Positions 9,613-19,504 of a stretch of 20,000 nucleotides of DNA are shown here, piece by piece. Under the pieces are notes generated by a model. The model did not search any database. It was not told where the DNA came from and saw only the letters and a list, made by a program, of their open reading frames with translations. The translations under genes were made by a program, and so were the position numbers. Each line of letters opens with the position of its first letter. The first letter of the stretch is position 1. Source of the DNA: Chiloscyllium plagiosum (taxonomy: Eukaryota); contig NC_057758.1 in assembly GCF_004010195.1 (NCBI RefSeq), positions 135,245 through 155,244 on the forward strand. The letters run 5' to 3'.

Positions 9613-9799
9613 CCATACATAAGCACATCAGGGTAATTGAAGAGGATGAAGAATACAGTTTCTCACCAGTTCCAGATTCCCATTACCTTCTCGGTGACAA
9701 TGCTGTCCCTCACATCCTGCTGTAAAGCACCTGCTCCTTTCCTTAAGTCTACAATCCCTTCCCGAATAATTTACATTTTGTTCCAGCTACAGAAAAGTG

Positions 9800-10185
9800 G
9801 CAGAGAAAGATCGACTTCCATATTTGAGGAGTCCGTTTGTAAGTCTGATAACAGCGGGGAAGAAGCTGCACTTGAATCTGTCCGAACTTATATCTGTTTG
9901 TACCTTCTGCCTGATGGAAGAGGGTGGAAGGCAGAATAACCGAGGTTGGAGGGGACTTGATGATACTGGCCGCCTTCCTGAAGCAACCAGCTGTGCAGAT
10001 GGAGTCAACGGATGGAAGTTTGGTTTTCACGATGGACTGGGCTGTTGAATAAAACCTTTCAGAATGTCTTGCAGTTGCTGGGATGCACCCTAATGGGATG
10101 CTTTCTGCAATACATCAACAAAAACATGTCAGTGGAATTGTTATCGTGGTGAATTTCCTTAGCCTCCTGATGAAGCAGAGACAGG
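9800..10185 (-). mobile_element. Rex1/Babar LINE ORF C-terminal fragment
   Basis: Translates LPSVDSICTAGCFRKAASIIK and DRFKCSFFPAVIRL, matching the Rex1 C-terminus. Confidence 0.75.
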
Positions 10186-10229
10186 TAGGGTTAGGGGCTT
10201 CCCTGATGGATGCATCAATGACCCGAGGG

Positions 10230-10490
10230 AAGTGGGTGTATATTTAAGACAAGGGGCAGGAGGTTTAGAGGGGGATGTGAGGAAGTGCGTTTCCTCCCAG
10301 ACGGTTGGGGGCAGTGGGGGGGGAATCACGAACAGGTTGCCTGTAAGTTTGGCAGAGTGCAGAAACCCTCATCACACTTTTGTGTCACCAAAGTAGACAT
10401 GCTTTTGGAACAATTGCTGGGAATTGCTGTGGGATGTACAGGGTGACCTCTTGATGGGCTGAAGGGTCTTTCGCTGTGCATAGATCTCTG
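10230..10490 (+). mobile_element. Degraded CR1 3' end
   Basis: tttaagacaaggggcaggaggtttagagggggatgtgagg...gatgggctgaagggtct. Confidence 0.6.
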
Positions 10491-10729
10491 TGCCTACCCA
10501 TCCGTGCGTTCTCGGCTCAATCCGATAGTGTGATGATAGCATGTGTGCACAACACCCCAGCAGGGGTATATCCAGTCCGGTAGCGAGATTTGGCGCGCAC
10601 GTTTGGCGCGTTCGCTCTATCACCTCCCTGCACCCTTTCCCTATGGGTAAGGAGATTCAAATCGCTTCTCCAAATAAAGACGATGGTGGGGGGGAGGATT
10701 GAGGTCACTCAGCACCCACAATCCAGTTC

Positions 10730-11500
10730 TGCCATTGAATGGGATCATGGCAGATTATTCAACTCATTCCCTGTTCCCTGTAGTATCCTTTCGACGCAAG
10801 AACGATATCTATCTCCCTCTCGAAAATATTCCATGTATTTTTGCCTCGACTGCTTTCTGTGGCAGAGAGCTCCACAGGGTTCCCACTCTCTGAGTCAAGA
10901 CCATTCTCGGCACGGTGGCACAGTGGTTAGCACTGCTGCCTCGTTCTCCCCGTGTCTGCGTGGGTTTGCTCCGGGTGCTCCGGTTTCCTCCCACAGTCCA
11001 AAGATGTGCAGGTCAGGTGAATTGGCCATGCCCGTAGTGTTAGGTAAGGGGTAAATGTAGGGGTATGGGTGGGTTTCGCTTCGACGGGTCGGTGCGGACT
11101 TGTTGGGCCGAAGGGCCTGTTTCCACACTGTAATCTAATCTAATCTAATCCTCACCTCAGTTCCCCCCGCCCCGTTATTTTCTGTCCATGAACCTCTGAT
11201 TTGGGATTCTCCACCCGGGTCACCAGGAACATCCTTCCTGCCTTTACCACTGTTAGAATTGCTTAGGTTTCCGTGGGATCCCCCACTCCTACTTCCTTCA
11301 CATTGCCAGGCAATATTGTCTTCACCAATCCAGTCTCTCTTCAAACGCCAGCCCTGCCATGCCAGCAATTGATCCGCAAAACTCTTTGCTGCTCTACCTC
11401 CGTTGCCAGAACTTTCCTCCTCAGATGAATAGACTCTAAAACCGCTCACATAATACTTCAGGGGAGCCTTCACCCTGTACAATTTCAGCAAGACCTCCTT
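10730..11500 (-). mobile_element. Old CR1 fragment interrupted by a SINE
   Basis: gatcatggc...attcaactc and gcctcgactgctttctgtggcagagag, resuming after the SINE at ctcacctcag. Confidence 0.55.
10908..11150 (+). mobile_element. tRNA-derived SINE (HE1-like), B-box region deleted, (TAATC)n tail
   Basis: ggcacggtggcacagtggttagcactgctgcctc joined directly to ttctccccgtgtctgcgtggg. Ends gggccgaagggcctgtttccacactg(taatc)4. Confidence 0.85.
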
Positions 11501-11859
11501 GCCCTCAACCCCCCCTCCCAGGTCCCTCGGGGATTAAAGTGCAAATCCCATTTACTTTCCTCTCCTCCCACAGGATTTCTGATCAGCTTCGGGTGCATAA
11601 CGGGCACTCCGTGACCATTACCCTGCCCCCTGCTTCCCCAGTGTATCGCCATTCAGCGAGTGACAGTCTCAATTCGGATTAATTTGCGCTTTCAAGATCA
11701 CCGTCACCGACTCGAGTTCCCAGCTTCATAGCTTATCAATAGGAATTCGATTGTCTGGGATGTAGGGATGAGAATTGCAATCCACGGCTCCAAAGCATTA
11801 GTCGACTTCTCCTGTGTTAAACTGAAATGTTGCTAACAGTCAGACCCTGTCTCCAGAGC

Positions 11860-12250
11860 TGGGTTTCGAAGAGAAGGGATGCCAGTCACTTGTGATGGTT
11901 GTCGATATTGGGGCTGCGTTCGAACGAGTGTGTCATTAAGGAGCCTGAGCAAAACTGGAATCAAAGGGTATCGGGGGCGAACCTCTCCAGTGTTTTGACT
12001 CATACCTGGCACAGAGGAAGATGGCCATTGTTGTTAGAACTGAATCATCTCATCTCTAGGCAGGAGCTCCTCAAGGTCAAGTCCTGGGTCGGGCCATCTT
12101 CTGCTGCTTCAACAATGAACTTCCGTCGATTTAAATTAAAAAGTCAGAATTGGAGATGTTCGCCGATGATTGCACAATGCTCAGCGCCATTCAAGACTCC
12201 CCAGATGCTGTCCAGGGTCAAACGCTGCAAGTTCTGGACAATATCCGGGA
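11860..12250 (+). mobile_element. L2/CR1-group LINE RT core fragment, degraded
   Basis: Frame-broken motifs DIGAAFERVCH, SYLAQRKM, GAPQGQVLG and MFADDCTM. Confidence 0.75.
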
Positions 12251-12274
12251 TTGAGATTTGTTATCTTGTATTTT

Positions 12275-12660
12275 CGACACCGAGATGGAGGTTGAGAGAT
12301 GGTTTGATTGAGACATAAGAGATAATCAGAGTATTACATAGAGTGGACAGTGAGAGGCCTTTTACTCAGATGGTGATGGCTAGCGTGAGGGGACAGAGCT
12401 CTCAATTGAGGGGTGACAGGTAGAGGACAGATGTCAGAGGTAGTTTCTTTACTCAGAGAGTAGTCGGGACGTAGAATGCCCTGCCTGCAACAGTAGTCGA
12501 CTCGCCAACGTTAAGATCATTTAATGGTCATCGGATAGTCTTATGGACGAAAATGGACGTGTGTGGGTTAGATGGGCTTCAGATTGGTTCCATCGGTCAG
12601 AGCAACTTGGAGGGTCCAAAGGCGTGCACCGCACTGTAATGTGGAATGTACGATGTTGTA
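12275..12660 (+). mobile_element. CR1 3' fragment
   Basis: ttgattgagacataagagata...aggacagatgtcagaggtagtttctttactcagagagtagt...gcactgtaatgt. Confidence 0.8.
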
Positions 12661-12689
12661 ACAAGTCAGAACGGCCTTGTTGACGAATG

Positions 12690-12900
12690 GGGTTGGAGTG
12701 GTACTTGGAGGGAAATATGCTGGGAGTGGTGCTCCCACTCCATCTTCTACTTGCCCTCGTGGTTCTAGGGTGTTCGAGAAGTCGCGTTTCAAAGGCGTCG
12801 ACATTTGAAGTGCCTGGGTGAGACGGGTAGATCATACACACTGCTGCCACTGTGCATTTCGTGGTGGACAGAATGAATGCTGAAGATGAGGGTCAGCGTG
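12690..12900 (-). mobile_element. L2/CR1-group LINE 3' fragment
   Basis: The reverse complement resembles the family at 6690-7100 (cacagtggcagcagtgtgt...atctac...gggagcaccac). Confidence 0.55.
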
Positions 12901-12904
12901 CAAT

Positions 12905-13785
12905 CATAGAGTCATAGAGATGTGCAGCATGAAAACAGACCCTTCGGTTCAACCTGTCCACTCCGACCAGATGTCCCAACCCAATCTCCTCTCACCTGCT
13001 GATCCCAGGGAAAAGACTTTGTCTATTTACCTTATCCATGCCCCCCCTCATAATTTTGTAAACCTCTATATGGTCACGCCTCAGCCTCCGACGCTCCAGG
13101 GAAAACAGCCCCAGGCTGTTCAGACTCTCCCTCTAGCTCAAATCCTCCAACATCCTCGTAAATCTTTTCTGAACCCTTTCAAGTTTCACAACATCTTTCC
13201 GATAACGCTATCTCATGTCCCTTTTTGCCCTCCTGATTTCCCTCTTAAGTATGCTCCTACTTCCTTAATACTCTTCTAAGGATTCACTCGATCTATCCTG
13301 TCCATACCTGACATATGCTTCCTTCTTTTCCTTCACTAAACCCTCAATTTCTTTCGTCATCCAACATTCCCTATACCTAACAGCCTTCCCTTTCTCCTTG
13401 ACAGGAATATACTTTCTCTGGATTCTTTTTATCTCATTTCTGAAGGCTTCCCGTTTTCCAGCCGTCCCTTCACCTGCGAACATCTGCCTCCAATCAGCTT
13501 TCGAAAGTTCTCGCCTAATACCGTCAAAATTGGCCTTTCTCCAATTTAGAACTTCAACTTTTAGATCTGGTCTATCCTTTTCCATCACAGTTGAAAAACG
13601 AATAGAATTATGGTCGCTGGCCAACAAAGTGCTCCCCCACTGACATCTCAGTCACCTGCCCTGCCTTATTTCCCAAGAGTTTTGCATCTTCTCTAGTAGA
13701 TACATCCACATACTGAATCAGAAAATTGTATTGTATGCACTTAAGAAATTCCTTTCCATCTAAACCTTTAACAGCCAATCGAGTG
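12905..13785 (-). mobile_element. CR1 LINE with large internal deletions (endonuclease/linker joined to 3' end)
   Basis: 13627-13265 translates SDHNSIRF...LNWRKANFDGIR, the same subfamily as 4207-6277. It is fused near 13207 to 3'-end sequence with a (catagagt) tail. Confidence 0.85.
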
Positions 13786-13854
13786 GAGTCTGCTTGGTTC
13801 TGGTCATGTTGAGATTCTCGAGGCGCGGAGCTGATCGAAGAGATGATTGAAACA

Positions 13855-14115
13855 TTTCTCCTTCGTATTCAGTGGTGATACCCTCATTGTTTCCCCTCCC
13901 CCCACACACTATCAACATCTTGGGGGTTACATTGACAGAGAATCTAGCCAACCCCCCCGCCCCCACCCCCTTGATGTTCAGTGCGATTCCCAATACTGAA
14001 CTCCCCTCCATCCCACCATCATCATCCTGGGGGTTGCCATTGACAGAGAATTCAAACATCACCACTTAATATTGAATGGTATCACCATCTCTGAATCACA
14101 CCACTTATCAAAAAC
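13855..14115 (+). repeat. Three degenerate tandem copies of a LINE RT segment (TINILGVTL/ID)
   Basis: atcaacatcttgggggttacattgacagagaat at ~13910 and atcatcatcctgggggttgccattgacagagaat at ~14020, with a partial third copy at ~14063-14115. Confidence 0.6.
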
Positions 14116-14339
14116 TTGAACGCGACCAATCATGACTCCACAGGGACTGTTACAGTGTGCATCCAAATGCAGCTTAACCTAGAGACGATATACATGCTCT
14201 GGGTCACAATTGGCAAAGGTTCTGGGGAGAGATGTTGCACAAACAGACCTTGGAGTATGCTTCATCATACCTTGACTGAGGCATCACAAGAGACAGGAGA
14301 CCGAAGACAGCTTTTGGTACGATTCCCTTTATTGATGTG

Positions 14340-14845
14340 ATCGCTGAGTATAAACGTTGGGCGGTCAGGCTGCGGCTATACAGAACATTGGTTTGGCCAC
14401 CTTTAGAATATTGAATGCAGTTCTGATCTCCCTCCTAGAGGAAGGATGTTGTGAAACTTAAGAAGTTTCGGAAAATGTTTCAAAGGATCTTGCCACGATT
14501 TGAGCTACACGGGGTGAATGAATATAGGGGAGTTGTATTGCCCATAGAGTCGTTGGCTGAGGGGTGACCTTAGAGAGGTTGATAACATAATGAGGGGAGT
14601 TGGTCAGTTAAGTAGACAATTTCTGTTCACTTGGGTGGGGGAGTCCAGGACTAGACGGCAAAGGTTTTGGTTGAGAGGGGAAAGCTTCAAATGGGACAAA
14701 AGAGGCAACCTTTTTTATGGAAAGGGTGATGCGTGTATGGAATGAGCTGGCAGAGGAAGTGGTGGAGGCTGGTACAGAGCGTCAGTTTGGGTATATGAAT
14801 AGGAGGGATTGGAGGGATATGGGCCAAGTGCTGGCAAGTGGAATA
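14340..14845 (+). mobile_element. Degraded CR1 3' fragment
   Basis: ggaaggatgttgtgaaact, ggctgaggggtgacct and gtatggaatgagctggcagaggaagtggtggaggctggtaca. Confidence 0.8.
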
Positions 14846-15099
14846 CATTCACACAATAAAACAAAAGAAGCAAATAAACAAACACATTTGATGAAGGTGA
14901 AGTGTGTTGACATCTCAGTATTTGTTAAATAAATTTAAGGAGTTTGTGGAAGAGCAGAACTTGTAGGTGATACATTATACAAGGAGGCAAATAAGAGGTT
15001 ACACCATGTCGTTATGAAACCTCTACCAAGTCTGGAATCAATCTGTAGAATGGAGAGGGAAAGAAGGTTAGCGCACTGTCAGAATGTCTGTCACAGTTT

Positions 15100-15395
15100 C
15101 TGTGCCTCACTCTGTCTCTCTCTCTCTCTCTCTCTCCATCTCCATCCATGTTTGGTTTCCTCTTTCCTTTTCTCTCTCTCCTTTTCTCTCGCTGGCTGCC
15201 CCCGACTCAATGACAATGTCTTGCTTCTCACTCTCCCCCCCCCCCCCACTCTCTCTCTCTCTTTCTCTTTGTCAACAACTCTCATCTTGCTTCTCTATCT
15301 CTGCCTCTCACCATGTCTCTCTTTCTGTCTCTGTCCAACCTGCCTGGTTCTCTCCCACTCTTAGTCCCTTTCTCTCTCACCCCCTTCTGTATCTC
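15100..15395. repeat. CT-rich low-complexity tract
   Basis: (CT)n runs and a poly-C run. Confidence 0.75.
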
Positions 15396-16209
15396 TCTCC
15401 CCATATCCCCCTCTGTGTATCTTTCTCTGCATGCCTTTCTGTTTCTCTTTGCCTCTCTCGCTCTCTCCCGGTCACAATCCCAGGCCCCACCATGTCTCTT
15501 CCTTTGGCTATCTCTCGCTTGCTGATGATCTGTCTGCCTTCCTCACTGTATCTGGAATTCTGAGGCCTTCTCGTTCTCTGCAGGCCCACACACCTTTACC
15601 AAGGAACAGGTTGTAATGAGTGTCGATCATTAATCTGGGTGATGTCTATTTACTATTCAGAATCATATAGAATGATTGACTTCTGATTCTTGTTTAATCT
15701 TCGGTTGGATTAATAATTGATAAATGATTTCACGGACCATTCTTATGGGATATCTCAAGGCAATTATAAACTGCTCTCTGAACCTACTCTGAGTCACAGC
15801 ATTCTCCCCATATCCCCCTCTGTCTATCTTTCTCTGCATGCCTCTCTGTTTCTCTTTGCCTCTCTCGCTCTCTCCCGGTCACAATCCCAGGCCCCACCAT
15901 GTCTCTTCCTTTGGCTATCTCTCGCTTGCTGATGATCTGTCTGCCTTCCTCACTGTATCTGGCATTCTGAGGCCTTCTCGTTCTCTGCAGGCCCACACAC
16001 CTTTACCAAGGAACAGGTTGTAATGAGTGTCGATCATTAATCTGGGTGATGTCTATTTACTATTCAGAATCATATAGAATGATTGACTTCTGATTCTTGT
16101 TTAATCTTCGGTTGGATTAATAATTGATAAATGATTTCACGGACCATTCTTATGGGATATCTCAAGGCAATTATAAACTGCTCTCTGAACCTACTCTGAG
16201 TCACAGCAT
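15396..16209 (+). repeat. 407-bp direct tandem duplication (15396-15802 / 15803-16209)
   Basis: The units abut exactly and differ at about 3 positions. They include the GPCR C-terminal coding sequence. Confidence 0.95.
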
Positions 16210-17008
16210 AAATGCCAGTGTTAGTGCAGCAACTCAGCAAATGCAGGATGAAGCTCAATTCCATCACAAGATGTAACATTTGGTAGCCCAACCAGCACAT
16301 GCGGATCTATATAGAATAGAACATTAATAATGACCACAACAGCATGAAATTGGCTGAGATAAACAGCAATAATATGATGGATTTTCTTCGGCTCACCATC
16401 TCTGGGTCTCTGGGCCTCTCCACGCTTCTGGGGGCCCGGAGTCTGTTGCAGCCTTTGCTGGTCACAATAATGTGTCTCACAGTGAGAATGTTGCACAACA
16501 GGATTAGGACAAATGGTACACCGGGGGTGAGAATGTTGTAGACGAACTCCATTCCTACCAAGAATGGTGAATTAATAACGTCTAATCAGACAAAACCAGG
16601 GTTGGTTCGCCAACACATATCGCTCCGTCAACATGAAATACCAGAAGATGTTCTTTAAGCAGCTCAGCAGAGTCACTGACCCCAGAACCACAGCCGCTGT
16701 TCTCTCAGTGCAGTACTTACTTTTCAGCTTCTAGCAACAAATGGCCACAAGTTGGTCAAAGGTGAAAGTGACAGTGAACCAGACTGAACAGTCAGTAGCT
16801 GCATAGAGCACGATGGCATGTATATTATACAAGGGGATGGACTCCAAGAAACGAATGCGCTCTTTAAAAGTAATTTGAATGTGCCTCAATATTAGATCGA
16901 GAATAGTAACCAGTAGGTCACTGACTGCCATGGCGACCAAGTAGAGGGTGATGCATTTAGTGAGATCACAATTTCCCTTACACAGGATGACCATCGTCAC
17001 TAGGTTAA
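16070..17008 (-). pseudogene. GPR139: GPR139-like exon 2 (end of TM1 to C-terminus), disabled
   Basis: Acceptor ttttccttccacacAG|TTAAC at 17010-17009 (phase 1). The ORF pieces 17027-16731, 16730-~16590 (KLKSKYCTERTAAVVLGSVTLLSCLKNIFWYF), 16561-16307 and 16300-16070 join into a 7TM receptor with two stops and one frameshift. Confidence 0.92.
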
Positions 17009-17242
17009 CTGTGTGGAAGGAAAACATCAGAAATCCGTTTGGTCACAAGATAATATTTTAACTCATCATCAATTCACAGTCTCAAATGTGCCGTTTTGCA
17101 CATGTTATTAGATTGGAATGATCGCACACATGACCGATTATGGACTCGAGATCAGAAAGTCTTGGCAAACATCAACAGAGGACAAAACAAGCAGCAGATG
17201 TGTGGTAGTGGAAAATTAGCATAGATTTCCAGTCAAACGTAA

Positions 17243-17783
17243 AAGGGGCATTAACAATGCCGAAAATCGGATTTGAACTAATTTGGACAATTTCATGTAG
17301 AAACTGAATTGTAAAATAAGCTGGAAATGGATGGGTCGAAATATGGTTAAGCAAGTGTGGATCTATCTCTGTTGCTGTGACATTCCGCTAGTGGTCAGAG
17401 TGTTACAAGGGGGCATAAATTTAAGGTGAAGGGTGGAAGGTATAGGGGGAATGTCAGGGGTAGGTTCTTTACCCAGCGAGTGGTGGGGGCACTGCCTGTG
17501 GGAGTGGCAGAGTCAGAATCATTGGTGACCTTTAAGAAGGTATAGGGGGAATGTCAGGGGTAGGTTCTTTACCCAGCGAGTGGTGGGGGCATGGAGTGCA
17601 CTGCCTGTGGGAGTGGCAGAGTCAGAATCATTGGTGACCTTTAAGCGGCAATTGGATAGGTACATGAATAGGTGCTTAAGCTAGGACAAATGTTCGGCAC
17701 AACATCGTGGGCCGAAGGGCCTGTTCGGTGCTGTAGTGTTCTATGGTCTTACATTCCATTTGCTCCTCTGCCTATCTATCCAT
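17243..17783 (-). pseudogene. GPR139-like exon 1 (N-terminus and start of TM1), split by a CR1 insertion
   Basis: 17387-17243 and 17783-17746 are homologous to the contiguous exon at 640-469. Putative ATG at 17783 (ATGGATAGATAGGCAG, apparent 4-bp GATA duplication). Confidence 0.75.
17388..17745 (+). mobile_element. CR1 3' fragment inserted in GPR139-like exon 1
   Basis: gggcataaatttaaggtg...gggccgaagggcctgttcggtgctgtagtgttctatg. The flanks are nearly contiguous in the paralog at 590-640. Confidence 0.9.
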
Positions 17784-17909
17784 AGCTTACTTCCTCACTA
17801 TTGTCAGAGGTGAAGTTCTCACCCAAACCCAAAGATGACACTTTGAGAGAAGCTCCCCATACCACAGTCAGGGTCGGTGGAGACGGAACATCATTAACAA
17901 TCACTTCGA

Positions 17910-18722
17910 ATCATAGAGTCATAGAGCTCCACAGTACAGAAACTGAACATGCATTCCAATTTGTCCATGCCGGCCAGATGCCTTTGGCCCATATCCCTCT
18001 GAACCCTTTCTAATCATGTTGACATCTGACTGCCTTTTAAATGATGTAAAAGTACCAGCATCCATCACTTCCTCTGGCAGCACATTCCATACACACACAC
18101 CACCCTCAGTATGTAAAAGGGACCCCTCAGGTCCCTTTGAATATTTCCCCTCACTCGAAACCTACACCTTTTAGTTCTGGACTCCCACAAGCTGTGAAAA
18201 ATACGTTGTCCACTTACCCTCTCAATGCCCCTCAGGACTTTACAATCTTCTGTTAGATTACCCCGTCTGCCTCCAACACTCCAGGGTAAACAGCCCCAAA
18301 CAATTCAGCCTCTCCCTATAGCTCAAACCCTGCACCCCTGGCTGGAACATGATCAATCTTTTCTGAACTCGTTCAAGATTCACAGTGTCCTTCCCGTAGC
18401 AGGGAAAAGAGAATAGCACACAATATTCCAAAAGTGCTCTAACCAAAGTCCTGTACAGAGGCAATGTGACCTCCCAAGTCTGATACTCAAGGCTCTGAGC
18501 AATGAACAAAGCATACCAACCCGTCTTCTTCATTAACATACCTACCTGCGTCTCCACTTTCAAGGAACTGTGAATCTGCACTTCAAGGTCTCTTTGTTCA
18601 GCAACAGTCCCCTGGATCTCACCATTAAGTGTATAAATCCTGCCCCTATTTCCATATCCGAAATGCAACACCTCACATTCATCTAAATGAAAAGCCATCC
18701 GCCATTCCTCAGCTCACTGGAC
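17910..18722 (-). mobile_element. CR1 3' fragment
   Basis: ORF 18698-18258 translates CEVLHFG, QRDLEVQIHSSLKV and LYRTLVR. Tail catagagtcatagag. Confidence 0.9.
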
Positions 18723-18774
18723 CAGCACAGCCCTGGCTAACTTCTCTGTCTCTCTCCAACAAATCTCCTCCCTC

Positions 18775-18859
18775 AATACAGTGGACAAATTGTACAACTA
18801 CCAAAGATTTATTTCTATGAATAAAGTATATTTTGAAATATTAAAAAAAATAGAGTGGA
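18775..18859 (+). mobile_element. Extremely 5'-truncated poly(A) retroposon tail (L1/Tx1-like) with target-site duplication
   Basis: tatgAATAAAgtatatttt followed by an A-run, flanked by aatacagtgga (18775-18785) and aatagagtgga (18849-18859). The paralog has a single site at ~1458. Confidence 0.65.
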
Positions 18860-19033
18860 AAACAGAGCCAGTTTCGAGGGTTGTGGGAGAGTCACTGTGA
18901 GAAGGGATAGAGTGAATTGTCTAAAGGCATTAGGCAAGTATCCTGCTCTAGCCTCTGAGTGAGGTTGGCTGTTTGCAAACAGCGTTTAAAAGCATTGGGT
19001 GGGTTGAGGGGAGAGTATATTTTGGTGATAAAA

Positions 19034-19367
19034 TCATAGAATCCCTACCGTGTGGAAACAGGCTATTTGACCCAACAATTCCACACCGAGGAACTGAAGA
19101 GTATCCCACCCAGACCCCAGTCACTCCCCTGTTACTTTTAATACCAACTGACTAATGCACCTAAACTCCATCTCCTTGAACACAATGGACAACTGAGCAT
19201 TACCGATTTGCCTCACCTGCACATCTTTGGGATGTGGGACGAAACTGCAAACCCATGCAGACACGGGGAGTACGTGCAAACAGACAGTGGCCTGACTTTG
19301 GAGTAGAACTCGGACCCCAGGCGCAGTGAAGTAGCTTTGCTAACCACTGAGTCTACGTGCTGCCCAT
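19034..19367 (-). mobile_element. tRNA-derived SINE (counterpart of 1965-2287)
   Basis: The reverse complement reads gggcagcacgtagactcagtggttagc...tcccacatcccaaagatgtgcaggt...cctgtttccacacggtagggattctatga. Confidence 0.8.
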
Positions 19368-19504
19368 AGTTACTGTTACATTGTTCATTCAGTGACACAG
19401 GCAATATTCCGGGAAGCCGGGTTGGTGTCCCTCTATGGCAGATTGGGGAACTTTGATTCAATCAATAAAAGAGCTCAACGATGACGAGGAAACAGTTGCC
19501 AAAT

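Larger units (their letters stand above)
16070..17783 (-). pseudogene. GPR139: Two-exon GPR139-like orphan class A GPCR pseudogene (whole locus)
   Basis: Exon 1 (~17783-17243) reads ...RNVTATEIDPHLLNH...VQISSNPIFGIVNAP. Intron 17242-17009. Exon 2 (17008-16070) reads VNLVTMVILCKGNCDLTKCITLYLVAMAVSDLLV...TDCSVWFTVTFTFDQLVAICC...RDPEMVSRRKSIILL...LLSCCTNTGIYAVTQSRFREQF, typical of the expanded chondrichthyan GPR139-like family. Lesions: TAG at 16733-16731, frameshift near 16590, TAG at 16309-16307, donor GT>TT at 17242-17241, CR1 insertion in exon 1. The symbol denotes the family, not orthology. Confidence 0.9.

Noticed and set aside
10908..10942. tRNA gene
   Set aside because: It is only the A-box head of a SINE. 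The B box is deleted and there is no full cloverleaf.
14120..14335. Possible solo LTR (minus-strand AATAAA near 14330)
   Set aside because: I found no clear TG...CA ends, TSD or second copy, so it cannot be supported without a library search.
15014..15616. Leu/Ser-rich or Arg/Glu-rich ORFs (also 6290-6974 and 8055-8541)
   Set aside because: These are translations of CT/GA low-complexity tracts.
16221..16541. Overlapping or antisense ORFs within the GPCR exon
   Set aside because: They are alternative-frame shadows of the GPR139-like coding sequence.
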